Source of the DNA: a virus
Virus record (IMG/VR): IMGVR_UViG_3300043411_001114
Location: 1 to 64,000 of that record
Direction: 5' to 3' (one strand)
Length of the DNA: 64,000 nt
Shown one piece after another: positions 20,092 through 30,034 of this stretch. Every line of letters begins with the position of its first letter. Positions within the stretch are counted from its first letter, which is position 1. Both the position numbers and the translations under genes were made by a program. Below the pieces are notes generated by a model. The model made no database searches. It was not told the DNA's origin and worked only from the letters and a program-made list of their open reading frames with translations.

Positions 20092-20343
20092 ATGGAAATG
20101 CCATCTACCGATAACGGGCAGACGGCCATGCACACCTACCTCGTGACACTGGCCGACCGGGAGACCGGGCAGGATCAGCGCATCCTGGTGCAGTCCGCCG
20201 ACGACCAGGGGATGCAGGAGTTCGTCACCTCCGATCAGGTGCTCCCCTCGTTGAACCTGACCAATCCGGTGGTGATTGCCGTCCACCGGCTCAACATCAA
20301 GCGCTCCTACAAGACGGTGATGGCCACCCACTCCCGGCCGTAG
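20092..20343 (+). CDS. Small hypothetical protein (start uncertain)
   Basis: High-GC3 codons over most of the frame; GGAG upstream. Confidence 0.6.
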   Translation: MEMPSTDNGQTAMHTYLVTLADRETGQDQRILVQSADDQGMQEFVTSDQVLPSLNLTNPVVIAVHRLNIKRSYKTVMATHSRP

Positions 20344-20428
20344 CCGGACGCGACCCTGTAGGAGGGATGACTAGGCTCCTGAACAGGTGAGGGACAACAC
20401 CTCACCCTAGTGAAGGAGCCATATAGTC

Positions 20429-21103
20429 ATGACCACACCCACCCAGGCGCGTAAGTCGCTGCGCGAACTCCGCGAGTCCACGGGGACCCTGTTCGCGAAG
20501 AACAACACCGCCACCAAGATCACCTGCAACACCGAGACCGTCAGCTTCGAACTGGAGCCTGCCGGGTACGACGACTCGATCCGCATCGTCCCCAAGGAGT
20601 GCCTGAACGTCCCGGGATTCCAGCGCCTGTGGATGCGCAACGCGGTCTCGATCTCCGACGACGAGCGCATGGAGAGCGAGATCACCCTGCTGATGGGCGG
20701 CCAGGTCGCCTTCACCCCCAAGGTGTTCACGGTCGACGATACCGGTGCCCAGATCGAGGTCGAGGCCGAACTGACCGAGAACCCGGCGAGCCGCGACTTC
20801 GTCATGAGGGAGTCGGGCGACCCGACCGGGCGCGACTATGCGATCCAGACCGAGCAGAAGTGCATCGTCTCCGGCCAGCCGGTCTACATGACCCAGAAAC
20901 AGATCGACGACGGGGAGCCGCCCCTGCATCCCGACTACGCCTCCGAGCGTAGCCGCATCGTGTCGACCCCCAGCCACGACGGCACCTGGACTCATCAGCT
21001 CGTCAACATCGAGCCGGTGACACCCGCCACCCCGGCGGAAATCAAGCCCCCGGCCAAGCGGGGTCGTCCGCGCAAGAGCGTGAGCACCAGCAGCGCTAGC
21101 TAG
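20429..21103 (+). CDS. Hypothetical protein at the start of the neck operon
   Basis: GAAGGAG SD; late motif at 20355-20390; AT-hook-like KRGRPRK tail. Confidence 0.75.
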   Translation: MTTPTQARKSLRELRESTGTLFAKNNTATKITCNTETVSFELEPAGYDDSIRIVPKECLNVPGFQRLWMRNAVSISDDERMESEITLLMGGQVAFTPKVFTVDDTGAQIEVEAELTENPASRDFVMRESGDPTGRDYAIQTEQKCIVSGQPVYMTQKQIDDGEPPLHPDYASERSRIVSTPSHDGTWTHQLVNIEPVTPATPAEIKPPAKRGRPRKSVSTSSAS

Positions 21104-21120
21104 ATGAGAGAGAGAAAATC

Positions 21121-21402
21121 ATGACCGATCTGAGTCCGTTCGCCGACTCGGTGTACGCCCAGCCGGGTCTGACCCACCTGGTTCGCAACTACGACACCCG
21201 CCCCCTCCAGGGACAGAGTCCCCTGTCGGCGGTGGCCGAGCCGTCGGCTCAGGCGGTCGCCGCCGAGGCCTCCTCCCTGGAAGCCGCTGCGGCGACCGGG
21301 GTGGACAATCCCAGCACGACCCGGGCCGAGATGACGTCGCACAGCGATGCCTACGTCAACTTCTTCGACTCGACCACCATCAACCGCAACTACACCGGCT
21401 GA
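21121..21402 (+). CDS. Hypothetical protein
   Basis: 93 aa with operonic spacing and codon bias. Confidence 0.7.
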   Translation: MTDLSPFADSVYAQPGLTHLVRNYDTRPLQGQSPLSAVAEPSAQAVAAEASSLEAAAATGVDNPSTTRAEMTSHSDAYVNFFDSTTINRNYTG

Positions 21403-21486
21403 CAACCCGAGACGACCACCGCCCCGTCTGCCTGACGTACCCAGGTTCGGGCGGGGCGGTGGTCTCCCGCCATCAAGGAGGTCCCG

Positions 21487-22452
21487 GTGCCCACGAATTA
21501 CCCGGCCGGTTTCGATGAGTTCATCGAGCCGACCCAGCCCGAGAACATTCCGCTGTCCCAGGCCGGGACGGGGAATTTCAACCACGTCGAGTCGCACACC
21601 AACATGGGTGATGCGATTGAGGCCCTGCAGCACTACGCCTCAATCCGCAGTCACGACCATTCCGGTGCCGGTACCGATCCCACCAAGGGGGCCAAGCTCA
21701 AACAGGCCAACACCCACCAGGATGCCGACACAGACACCTCCGTATCTGCCCTGCACCACACTCTGGGCACCGGTGCCTACCAGGCCGCTCCCGGTAACCA
21801 CACCCACGACTACGACGACGGGTCGATCACCAACGCGCCCTATATCCGGTGCACCTCATCGACCAGACCGGCCAGCCCGACCTCGGGCCTGACCATCTAC
21901 GAGACCGACACCAACCGGATGCGGGTCTGGAACGACTTCGGCAACGGCAACCGGTGGAATATCCTGCCGACCGCCACAATCCCAATCGTCCGGCTCTCCC
22001 AGTCGATCGCCCAGACCATCAGCCCCTCGGGCAGCGCGATCCAGTGGAACGAGGAGATCGAAGACAACTTCGGTTACTTCAGTTCGGGAAGCCCGACCGC
22101 GATCACGGTCACCGAGCCGGGTGTTTACCAACTAGACGCGGCCCTGCAGTGGAGCGTGAACTTCCTGCCCGAGGTGGCGGTGGTGGTCGCCTGCATCAAC
22201 GGGATCGAGACCGTGCTGCGCAACTCGTCGCTACAGACCCGCCCCGGCCTGCTCAGCCTGCTAGGGGTCACCATCAACCCCGACTTCTCCCAGACCCTGG
22301 CTATCTCCGGCAAGCTGCGGGTGGGCCTTGGCGACGTTATTACCCTGAAATGCCGTTACGGAGGCTCCTCCATCATCGGCACCATCAACACCTACTTCGA
22401 CATCAACTCGCGCGTGAAGTCCCGGCTGGAACTCAGCTACGTCGGCCCCTGA
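21487..22452 (+). CDS. Putative head/neck fibre (HxH repeats, C1q/TNF-like C-terminus)
   Basis: SHDH, LHH and NHTH motifs; ITVTEPGVYQLDA...LRVGLGDVITL jelly-roll pattern. Confidence 0.55.
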   Translation: MPTNYPAGFDEFIEPTQPENIPLSQAGTGNFNHVESHTNMGDAIEALQHYASIRSHDHSGAGTDPTKGAKLKQANTHQDADTDTSVSALHHTLGTGAYQAAPGNHTHDYDDGSITNAPYIRCTSSTRPASPTSGLTIYETDTNRMRVWNDFGNGNRWNILPTATIPIVRLSQSIAQTISPSGSAIQWNEEIEDNFGYFSSGSPTAITVTEPGVYQLDAALQWSVNFLPEVAVVVACINGIETVLRNSSLQTRPGLLSLLGVTINPDFSQTLAISGKLRVGLGDVITLKCRYGGSSIIGTINTYFDINSRVKSRLELSYVGP

Positions 22453-22473
22453 TTCGGCTAGGAGAGCATCACC

Positions 22474-23478
22474 ATGACGGAGCCTATCTTCGGCGACGAG
22501 GTCTACAGCCAGAAGCTGGTAAGTCAAGCCAAGGCCCGCAAGTTCGTCTCGCAGAATGGTCGCGGCTATGTCGCGATCGGCATCGTCGACGGCTCCCAGA
22601 CCCCGATCGACCCCGACACCGACACCCTGGTGCTCAAGGTGTGGCGAAACAACCTCACCGACCCCGATCCCGACGACGAGCGGGGGGTGCTGGTCATCGA
22701 CACCGGCGAGTCGGGATCGCCCCAGCCGGTGCGTGACGATGTCGGCAAGTTCCGGTTCGACATCGGCCCGGCCTGGACGGGGCAGCGGGGCCTGCTCTCG
22801 GTCGAGTGGACATACCAGGTCGGCGGCACCGACTTCGCCTTCCAGGACAATCTTCAAATCCTGGAGCAGATGCCGAACTACGAACTGCTGTCCGACTCGA
22901 CCAAAATGATGGTCGAGCAGGCCTCCTGGTTCTTCGCCGACCTGTTCGACTCGACCACCGGCGGCCCCTGGCTTCAGGAGAACTTCCAGACCCACTTCGA
23001 CTACGACCGGATGGCCTTCCTGCTGCGGATGGCGACCATGAAGTTCAACGTCACCGGTTACCCGGTCACCCAGTTCGGGGTCTCCAAGGACGACAAGGCG
23101 ATCCCGGGCAACTTCACCGAATTGATCCTGTGGGGAACCAAGCTGGAGGCGATCCGGCACCTGATCACCTCCTACACCGAGATTCCCGACTTCCGCAACA
23201 TCCAGACCACCTACACCGACCGGCGCGACTACATGCAGCGCTGGCAGGCGGTTCTGCAGGACGAGAAGCCCGACTATGAGAAGGCCGTCAAGATGAGCAA
23301 GCGGAGCCTGCTCAGTCTGGGTCGCGGCTCGCTACTGGTGGCCGGAGGAATCTACGGCGGTTCGGCGAGAGGAATCTTCATCTCGGGAATGTACAGCGCG
23401 ATGGCCCGATCGGCCCGGTTCTACCCGGCCGCCCCGAGCGTCTCGTTCGGTAACCAGGCCTTCGGATTGCCGAGGTAG
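22474..23478 (+). CDS. Putative head-to-tail adaptor
   Basis: Position upstream of neck and sheath genes; size 334 aa. Confidence 0.55.
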   Translation: MTEPIFGDEVYSQKLVSQAKARKFVSQNGRGYVAIGIVDGSQTPIDPDTDTLVLKVWRNNLTDPDPDDERGVLVIDTGESGSPQPVRDDVGKFRFDIGPAWTGQRGLLSVEWTYQVGGTDFAFQDNLQILEQMPNYELLSDSTKMMVEQASWFFADLFDSTTGGPWLQENFQTHFDYDRMAFLLRMATMKFNVTGYPVTQFGVSKDDKAIPGNFTELILWGTKLEAIRHLITSYTEIPDFRNIQTTYTDRRDYMQRWQAVLQDEKPDYEKAVKMSKRSLLSLGRGSLLVAGGIYGGSARGIFISGMYSAMARSARFYPAAPSVSFGNQAFGLPR

Positions 23479-23483
23479 TCGTC

Positions 23484-24383
23484 ATGGGCCGCCGCATTCT
23501 GACCGCACGGGAACAGCACGAGATGCTGTCCCCGTGGCGGCTGGGCATGCCCTGGCGCACCGAGCACCCCGACTACCAGCCCGCTGACGTGGCTCACAAT
23601 TACAACCCCGACATCGGCGGTGCCCAGGGCGGCGGCGGCCACAAGAACTACCTCGTCGGCCCGGCCAACAATGTGTGGTGGCACGGCAGCGGTTCGGGTG
23701 ACATTGGTGGCGGTGACGCTGATTTCGGTCTGCATGTCGGTGACTACCAGACCGCAGCAGACAACCTCAACGCCCGCCTGGGTCTCAACCCCAAACATCC
23801 CCAAGGGCGGTGGACAGGGCAACACTCATTAGCCGAGGCCCACCCGGATAGCTATGACGAGAACGGCAACTCAGTCCCCAACCACATGGGCTATCACCGT
23901 TTCACCCACTCCGACGGCAGCCCAATGCATGGAAGCTATAAGCCCAACGTCTTCCCCCTGGCCATCGTCGGCCCGATGGGCAACACCACCGACACCGCCG
24001 TGTCCGACGGGCAGGCTCATGCCCTGATACGCCGCCAGCGCACCCGACCACCGAAGACCCCCAAGGGGTACTACTACATCAACGCCGGGGAGGGCGACGG
24101 CGTCAGTCCCGAGACCGGGATCGTCAGTGCCGTGTCGGCTGCAGTCCCGTCAGTCAGCCACATTCAGAAGCTCGACCCGGCGGAGCATGAACACGTCGCC
24201 CAGGAAGCACACAATAACTGGTACGAATACAAATACAACAATCCTAACAAAGGTTCCTACGACATGTCGAAGGTGGACGGCATGCCACCGACGTCGATGG
24301 AGAGATACCAAGAACTCCAAAGGCAGAGAAAAGAGCAGGAAAACGGTGCCCTGGAATGGCGTCGGCGTAGGAGAGGTAACTGA
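23484..24383 (+). CDS. Leader-tagged ADP-ribosyltransferase-like protein
   Basis: MGRRILTAREQHEMLSPW leader; VWWHGS...GLHVG...A...YYYINAGEG pattern. Confidence 0.5.
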   Translation: MGRRILTAREQHEMLSPWRLGMPWRTEHPDYQPADVAHNYNPDIGGAQGGGGHKNYLVGPANNVWWHGSGSGDIGGGDADFGLHVGDYQTAADNLNARLGLNPKHPQGRWTGQHSLAEAHPDSYDENGNSVPNHMGYHRFTHSDGSPMHGSYKPNVFPLAIVGPMGNTTDTAVSDGQAHALIRRQRTRPPKTPKGYYYINAGEGDGVSPETGIVSAVSAAVPSVSHIQKLDPAEHEHVAQEAHNNWYEYKYNNPNKGSYDMSKVDGMPPTSMERYQELQRQRKEQENGALEWRRRRRGN

Positions 24384-24979
24384 TGGCCAGATTGGACCTC
24401 ACCGAGCCGTATTCAATCCGGCTGGCGAGGGAGTCAATCCGGGACAGCCTCCGCTCGCACGGCGAGGAGTGTGTGCTGCTGCACATGCATCACGTCAACG
24501 AGGCCCAGGACGTCGTCCCCCGCTGCCCGGACTGCTACGACGATGTTTACAAGCAGGGCGAACGCTACGACTGCTCGCGGTGCTACGGAACAACCTTCGA
24601 CGGCGGTATAGCTCAGGCGTATCGGGCTTGGGGATTGTTCACCGATGCCCAGGATGCCGAGACCTTCGGCAAGCGCGGTATGTGGCACCCGATCGCCTCC
24701 AGCATCCAGACCGAGCACCTGCCCGACCTCTGGCAGCGCGACTATGTGATCCGGGTCGGGCGGTGGAGCGTCGACCATCGGGTCGAGGAAGTCGACGGCA
24801 TCTACGTCTTTAAGCAGGTCGCCAACGAGAGCCTGCGCACCGGTGGCATGCGCGGCCAGACCCTCTACGACACCATCGCCCAGCGGGCCGACATACAGTT
24901 GATCGCCGAGAACATGCCGATCCACCAGTACCCGATCAAAGGTGTTCGGTTCGACCGGTTTGACGGCAAGGATCGGTGA
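24383..24979 (+). CDS. Putative head closure/neck protein with zinc finger
   Basis: CPDC...CSRCYGT motif; neck-region position. Confidence 0.55.
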   Translation: MARLDLTEPYSIRLARESIRDSLRSHGEECVLLHMHHVNEAQDVVPRCPDCYDDVYKQGERYDCSRCYGTTFDGGIAQAYRAWGLFTDAQDAETFGKRGMWHPIASSIQTEHLPDLWQRDYVIRVGRWSVDHRVEEVDGIYVFKQVANESLRTGGMRGQTLYDTIAQRADIQLIAENMPIHQYPIKGVRFDRFDGKDR

Positions 24980-25158
24980 TGGCCGTCCTGTCGAGAACCT
25001 CCCGCACCACCCTGCAGCGTGACATCACCGAGGCACTGCTACGCCTGAAACTGGCCAGGGCGACCAGGGACGGCAAGGAAGAACTAGCCCAGCAGGAGCG
25101 GCTCAACCGGCTGCTGGATCGTCTCGCCCGCGACCTGGGTTTGGGGGAAAAAGAATGA
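24976..25158 (+). CDS. Small helical hypothetical protein
   Basis: Start/stop overlaps on both sides. Confidence 0.6.
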   Translation: MMAVLSRTSRTTLQRDITEALLRLKLARATRDGKEELAQQERLNRLLDRLARDLGLGEKE

Positions 25159-25655
25159 CCAGACGTGTCATCACCGCCCGCGAGCAGGTCGAGATGCTGG
25201 CCCCGTGGCGGCGTGTGGCCGCTGGCGGCAAAGTGTATCGGGGATTTGACCTGAAAATGCCTCCCGATCTGGAGGCTCTCTACCACCGCCATCTCCAGAT
25301 GCCAGAAGACGAGTCTGAGATCGACCAGCACTACAAACTGGCTGATCCCCTTCTTGACCACCTAGAGGCCAACACCAGTCTGGCCAATGACCACCCTGGC
25401 ATCGGCCCCAACTGGAGCCACAGCAGGCACATGAGCCAAGAGTTCGCCAAGGGCGGCAAGCACTACCCGGTGATGGTTGAGGCCGACCATCCAGGCGATG
25501 AGCACATTGACCCTGACCGCCGACCTTGCACCAGCGAGCAAGAGATCAACTATCGACCAGGAACCCCCGTTAACGTCACCGGCCTGTATGTTCCTAATCC
25601 CTTTCAATCGGGATGGCTGAACGTGCTGCAGCAACCCCAGGCAAGGAGCACCTGA
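25155..25655 (+). CDS. Leader-tagged R-S-E type ADP-ribosyltransferase-like protein
   Basis: MTRRVITAREQVEMLAPW leader; KVYRG...GPNWS......FA...EQEI. Confidence 0.65.
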   Translation: MTRRVITAREQVEMLAPWRRVAAGGKVYRGFDLKMPPDLEALYHRHLQMPEDESEIDQHYKLADPLLDHLEANTSLANDHPGIGPNWSHSRHMSQEFAKGGKHYPVMVEADHPGDEHIDPDRRPCTSEQEINYRPGTPVNVTGLYVPNPFQSGWLNVLQQPQARST

Positions 25656-26434
25656 TGACCAGACGTGTCATCACCGCACGCGAGCAGGTCGAGATGCTGG
25701 CACCCTGGCGCACGGCCACCACAGAGCCAGGAGAAGGTTTCCCAATCACCGACGCCGGGTTCACCCCCCGCAACGACAACGGACGGTGGGATTACCGATA
25801 CAACCCTGAGCTTCAAAAGAACGAGTATCACAACTGGGGTGTCCACCCCCAGTCAGCGCCCGCCTCCAAAACTGATCAATTCTACGGCCGAACCAAGACC
25901 GTTTATTACGACCCTGAACTCACCGACATGGGAAGAGATGACCTCCACTTCATCCCTTCATATCTCGGGAATGACATCACTGACATGAACCCGCCTACAG
26001 GGATGCTGTGGCGGGGCATGAGCAAAGAGGAGTACGAAGAAGCCGGGCAACGCGGCTACTTCCAGTCCAGAGGAGACGCCAATATAGGCGACAGCCAGGT
26101 CGGTAAAACTTACTTTTCCACCAACGCCGACTCTGCCGGGAGCTACGCCTCTGGTTTCGCCCTCCCCGAGCATAAACCGACCTTCACCCATCCCGGCTAT
26201 GTGGTGGGCATCCCTGACCGGCCAGAGCTTCCTCGTGAAGGAGGGCATGAAGTCGGTGTTCCCGGCCAGATTCCGTTTGATTCGGCCACCCATCACTACC
26301 GGGTGCGCCCAGTATCCATCACCCCGGGAAGCCGGGGGATGTACAAGGAGTGGAACGGATGGAGCCAGGCAGGGGGTTCCCACCCCGGAGCCTTATATCA
26401 CTGGGAACCCCACAAGCCGGGAGGTTCTGCATGA
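25655..26434 (+). CDS. Leader-tagged R-S-E type ADP-ribosyltransferase-like protein
   Basis: AAGGAG SD and TGATG overlap; same leader; LWRGMS...TYFST....A.SYA...HEVGV. Confidence 0.65.
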   Translation: MTRRVITAREQVEMLAPWRTATTEPGEGFPITDAGFTPRNDNGRWDYRYNPELQKNEYHNWGVHPQSAPASKTDQFYGRTKTVYYDPELTDMGRDDLHFIPSYLGNDITDMNPPTGMLWRGMSKEEYEEAGQRGYFQSRGDANIGDSQVGKTYFSTNADSAGSYASGFALPEHKPTFTHPGYVVGIPDRPELPREGGHEVGVPGQIPFDSATHHYRVRPVSITPGSRGMYKEWNGWSQAGGSHPGALYHWEPHKPGGSA

Positions 26435-26886
26435 CCAGAATCCCAGCCCCCGCAGACCTCACCAACACCATCGCCAACCGGGCGATGCAGAACGCCCGGC
26501 GCGACATCGTCAAGCGGGGCTGGAAGTCGGCCACGGCGCTGCGCCCCTACGCCACCGAGGGGTCTGTCGGCATCACCTCGACCGTCAACCACCTACTGAT
26601 CCAGAACAAGGGCTTCGACCCCTTCGTCATGTGGTGGGTAAAGAATCGGGTCGTACCGCTCGGCTGCCCGATGGGCGACGGGCCGCACTTTCGCAACGGG
26701 TCGGGGGTGGGCACCCCGGGCATGGTCGACATCCCCCACAAAGGCAAGGTATGGCGTCCGGTTCGGTGGCGTCACCCGGGCCTGCAACCGAAACGATTCA
26801 TGGAGACCTCCATCACTCAGGCGATCAAGGACAGCAAGGCCGACATTCGCAAATCGGTGATGATGACCCTGCGGGGAGGACGCTGA
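26431..26886 (+). CDS. Putative neck/tail completion protein
   Basis: ATGA overlap; basic protein with W.HPG..PKRFME motif typical of the HK97 gp10-like class. Confidence 0.6.
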   Translation: MTRIPAPADLTNTIANRAMQNARRDIVKRGWKSATALRPYATEGSVGITSTVNHLLIQNKGFDPFVMWWVKNRVVPLGCPMGDGPHFRNGSGVGTPGMVDIPHKGKVWRPVRWRHPGLQPKRFMETSITQAIKDSKADIRKSVMMTLRGGR

Positions 26887-26887
26887 C

Positions 26888-27658
26888 ATGCCCACCGACT
26901 TAGAGCCGCCCTGGCCGTCAGACCCTGCCGGGCCGACACCAGACCCCGCCGCCCGGACCAACGCCGAACTCCCCGGTGCGGGCGGTTCAGGCATGATCGA
27001 GACCGTCAAGAGGGCGATCATGAACGCCCTTAGGGAGGCCTTGTCGGGCAGTACGCTCAATCATCTGGTGAACGGCACCAACGTCACCATCGACATGGAG
27101 TACCCGATCGAGAAGGAGAACTACCCGGGAATCTGGGTCCAGTTCTCCTTCTCTGAAATCACCCAGGCCGGTCTCGGTCACGAGCCGCTGATCAAGAACG
27201 TCCTGGAAGAAGCGACCGAGAATACTCCGGAGGTCGTCAACTGGGAGCCGGTCAGGGAGTTCCAGTTCAAGGGCAGAATCACCCTAAGCATCGTCGCGCT
27301 AACCAGCCTGGAACGCGATCGGCTTGCCGATGCGGTGGTCACCATGCTGGCCTTCTCCCGGCCGCCGTCGATGGTTCTGACCAACCCGGCCGAGGACACC
27401 AGGCAGTTCCGGCAGTTCATCACCAGCCTCGCCGAGAACCCGTATGTTTCAATCAGCGTCAACCATGACCAGATCATCCCCGGCGGCCAGGCGATGACCA
27501 CCGGCGTCCCGTGGGACGAGGAGATTCCCGGCTACGAGGACTCCTACTCCTTCGACATTCTCGGCCAGACCAACATCGTCTTTCGTCACGACGGGACCTA
27601 CAGTCTGCGCAACGTCGTGGAGACCCCGGAGATGCTCACCCAGTACGACTGGCAATAA
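26888..27658 (+). CDS. Putative tail terminator
   Basis: Immediately upstream of the sheath gene; YP.I.V pattern. Confidence 0.55.
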   Translation: MPTDLEPPWPSDPAGPTPDPAARTNAELPGAGGSGMIETVKRAIMNALREALSGSTLNHLVNGTNVTIDMEYPIEKENYPGIWVQFSFSEITQAGLGHEPLIKNVLEEATENTPEVVNWEPVREFQFKGRITLSIVALTSLERDRLADAVVTMLAFSRPPSMVLTNPAEDTRQFRQFITSLAENPYVSISVNHDQIIPGGQAMTTGVPWDEEIPGYEDSYSFDILGQTNIVFRHDGTYSLRNVVETPEMLTQYDWQ

Positions 27659-27727
27659 ATCAACCCTGTCAAGCAGTCCATCCCCACCAAGAAGACATAG
27701 AAGGCTTCTGGAAAGGGTCCCGATCAC

Positions 27728-29422
27728 ATGGCCATCGACTTCACCCGCTATCGTCCGCCCGGCGTCTACACCGAGTCCATCGGCGGACCCCAGCTGGCGG
27801 TGCGCTCCTCGGTGCCCACGGCGGTCGCCTTGTTCGGCCTCAGTGTCGGATACCGATCCTACCGCGAGTCGATCCGCATCAATCCTGACGTCCTCGACGA
27901 CGAGGGCGATCTGGTGCCCGCCACCAATGCCCCGCTGTCCCGGCAGGGCATCAAGGTCATCACCGGCAGCCCGGTCATCTACGCGACCGCCAACATCGAC
28001 CTCGCCTCGCCGGGCGCTCCGATTGATGGCCTGCTACCCGACAACACCGAGGGCGAGGTCACCCCGACCACCGGCCAGTTGGTGTATCTGACCAACCAGA
28101 CCAAGCCGACCGAGAACGGTGTGTACGAGTTCCGGGGGTCCACCACCCCGCTACGGGTGGTCGTCGACACCCTCAAGGTGATCAACCCCGACACCGGCTA
28201 CGTCTACATCAACGGACTCGACTACACGGTCACCCTGGTAGATGCCAACGCCGAGTTCGATGACGTCGAGACGAGCACCGACGTCCAGGCCCGCAACAAC
28301 CTCTACACCATCAAACGCCGCAACCGGGGCGACGGGGTGGGAATCCAGGAGGGCGACATCGTCTCGGTCTCCTACCGCTACACCGACCCCGACTACTTCG
28401 AGGTCTACTCGCTCTACGACTACGATGACGTCCGCGAGGTGTACGGCGAGCCGTTCGACTCGTCGGGCAATATCCGGTCGGAGTTGTCGCTGGCCGCCAA
28501 GTTCGCGTTCCTCAACGGTGCCTCCACTGTCCTCACCTGCGCGGTCGACCCCGAAGACCCGGACAACCCGACGATGGGCGACTACGAGAACGCCCTGTCG
28601 AAATTCCGTGACGAGGAACAGATCGCCATCATCGTCCCCGCCACCGGTTCCTCGGAAATCCAGCAGCTCGTGCAGGACCACGTCGCCAGCCAGTCGAACA
28701 ACAAGTACGAGCGTCGGGCGATCATCGGTGTCGACGGATCGTCCTCGACGATCAGCACCGCCACCCGTATCGACTACGCCCAATCGCTGTCCGACCAGCG
28801 GATTGCCCTGGTCAGCCCGAGCCGCTTCCACTACTTCGCGCCGGAGTTGAACAAGAAGATCACTCTCGGCGGGCAGTACATGGCGGCCGCAGTCGCCGGT
28901 AAGTCTGTCTCGCAGATTCCGGCCATGCCCCTGACCCGCAAGGTGATCTCCGGTTTCGCCGGGGTCGCCGAGAACATGCGGGAGGGTGAGAAGAACCTGG
29001 AGTCCCAGAACGGCCTGATGGTCATCGAGAAGACCCGCCGCAACCAGATCCAGGTGCGTCACGGGGTGACCACCAACTCGACCGACCTGCTGACCCGGGA
29101 GTGGTCGATTATCGGCCAGCAGGACGTCATGGTATACCGCATCCGGGACTACCTGGACGCCGACGGCCTGATCGGTATGCCGATCTACGACACCACCCTG
29201 ATTCAGGTCAAGGCGTCGGCCGAGGCGGCCATGGTGTCCCTGGTGCGCGACGGAGTGATCGTCGGCTACCAGAACCTCAAGGTTCGCCAGTTGTCCACCC
29301 TGCCGGACGTGATCGAAGTTCGATACGAGTGGAAGCCCGCCTACCCGCTCAACTACATCGTCGTCCGATACTCGGTCGCTGTCATGACCGGCGACGTGGT
29401 CGTCACCGAATCTTCGACCTGA
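27728..29422 (+). CDS. Tail sheath protein
   Basis: Y.PPGVYTE N-terminus, VRHGVTT, and C-terminal PAYPLNYIVVRY. Confidence 0.92.
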   Translation: MAIDFTRYRPPGVYTESIGGPQLAVRSSVPTAVALFGLSVGYRSYRESIRINPDVLDDEGDLVPATNAPLSRQGIKVITGSPVIYATANIDLASPGAPIDGLLPDNTEGEVTPTTGQLVYLTNQTKPTENGVYEFRGSTTPLRVVVDTLKVINPDTGYVYINGLDYTVTLVDANAEFDDVETSTDVQARNNLYTIKRRNRGDGVGIQEGDIVSVSYRYTDPDYFEVYSLYDYDDVREVYGEPFDSSGNIRSELSLAAKFAFLNGASTVLTCAVDPEDPDNPTMGDYENALSKFRDEEQIAIIVPATGSSEIQQLVQDHVASQSNNKYERRAIIGVDGSSSTISTATRIDYAQSLSDQRIALVSPSRFHYFAPELNKKITLGGQYMAAAVAGKSVSQIPAMPLTRKVISGFAGVAENMREGEKNLESQNGLMVIEKTRRNQIQVRHGVTTNSTDLLTREWSIIGQQDVMVYRIRDYLDADGLIGMPIYDTTLIQVKASAEAAMVSLVRDGVIVGYQNLKVRQLSTLPDVIEVRYEWKPAYPLNYIVVRYSVAVMTGDVVVTESST

Positions 29423-29473
29423 TCGACCAACAAACCATGACCAAACACAAATCCTTGAAGGAGGTGACCACCG

Positions 29474-29944
29474 GTGGCTGAAAGCAAGACCAGAATCGGC
29501 GGGGCCGGGTTTACCATCATGACCTTTCGGAACACCCGGCTGGCCTACCTGCAGACCCTGCAGGACACGCCACCCCAGCCGGTGGCCGGTGCCCAGGTGG
29601 TTCAGGCGATCGACGACGCGACCCCGCAGGAGATCGTCACCTCCCAGGCGGTCGGCGCGGGTACTCTGCGCCTGACCTTCTACGAGTTGTGGAACGAGCC
29701 GGTGTGGAGCCGACTGCCGGGCCTGGAGTTGACCAACAACCTCCTGGACGTCCTGCAGCGCCAGCTTCAATTGGGCGAAATCTCGTGCCGGAAGATCATC
29801 AAGTCGCCGAGCGGCATTCAGCGCGCCCGGGTCTACCACGGCTGCGTCCTGACCGACATCGACGAGGGTGAGCAACTGAACATCGGGACGATGACGCTCC
29901 CGAAGACCATCACGATGCAATATATCAAGACCACTATCGTTTAG
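29474..29944 (+). CDS. Tail tube protein
   Basis: 156 aa directly after the sheath gene; YHGCVLTD motif. Confidence 0.8.
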   Translation: MAESKTRIGGAGFTIMTFRNTRLAYLQTLQDTPPQPVAGAQVVQAIDDATPQEIVTSQAVGAGTLRLTFYELWNEPVWSRLPGLELTNNLLDVLQRQLQLGEISCRKIIKSPSGIQRARVYHGCVLTDIDEGEQLNIGTMTLPKTITMQYIKTTIV

Positions 29945-30034
29945 CCTTCTGACCTGCACTTTTATCCTTAAAATTCTTCGTCTTGAGGAGTTGTTTCAAG
30001 ACCTGGAATTGGTACTGTGATAGTATCAATGTCC

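Noticed and set aside
16284-25710. Repeats as CRISPR array or DGR template/variable pair
   Set aside because: They are dispersed gene starts with no spacers, no A-specific mismatches and no cas or reverse transcriptase gene in the window
28151-29959. Long minus-strand ORFs (also 745-1935, 2533-3585, 47263-48708, 53291-54544, 61933-63063)
   Set aside because: Antisense shadows of high-GC3 genes, with no motifs or RBS
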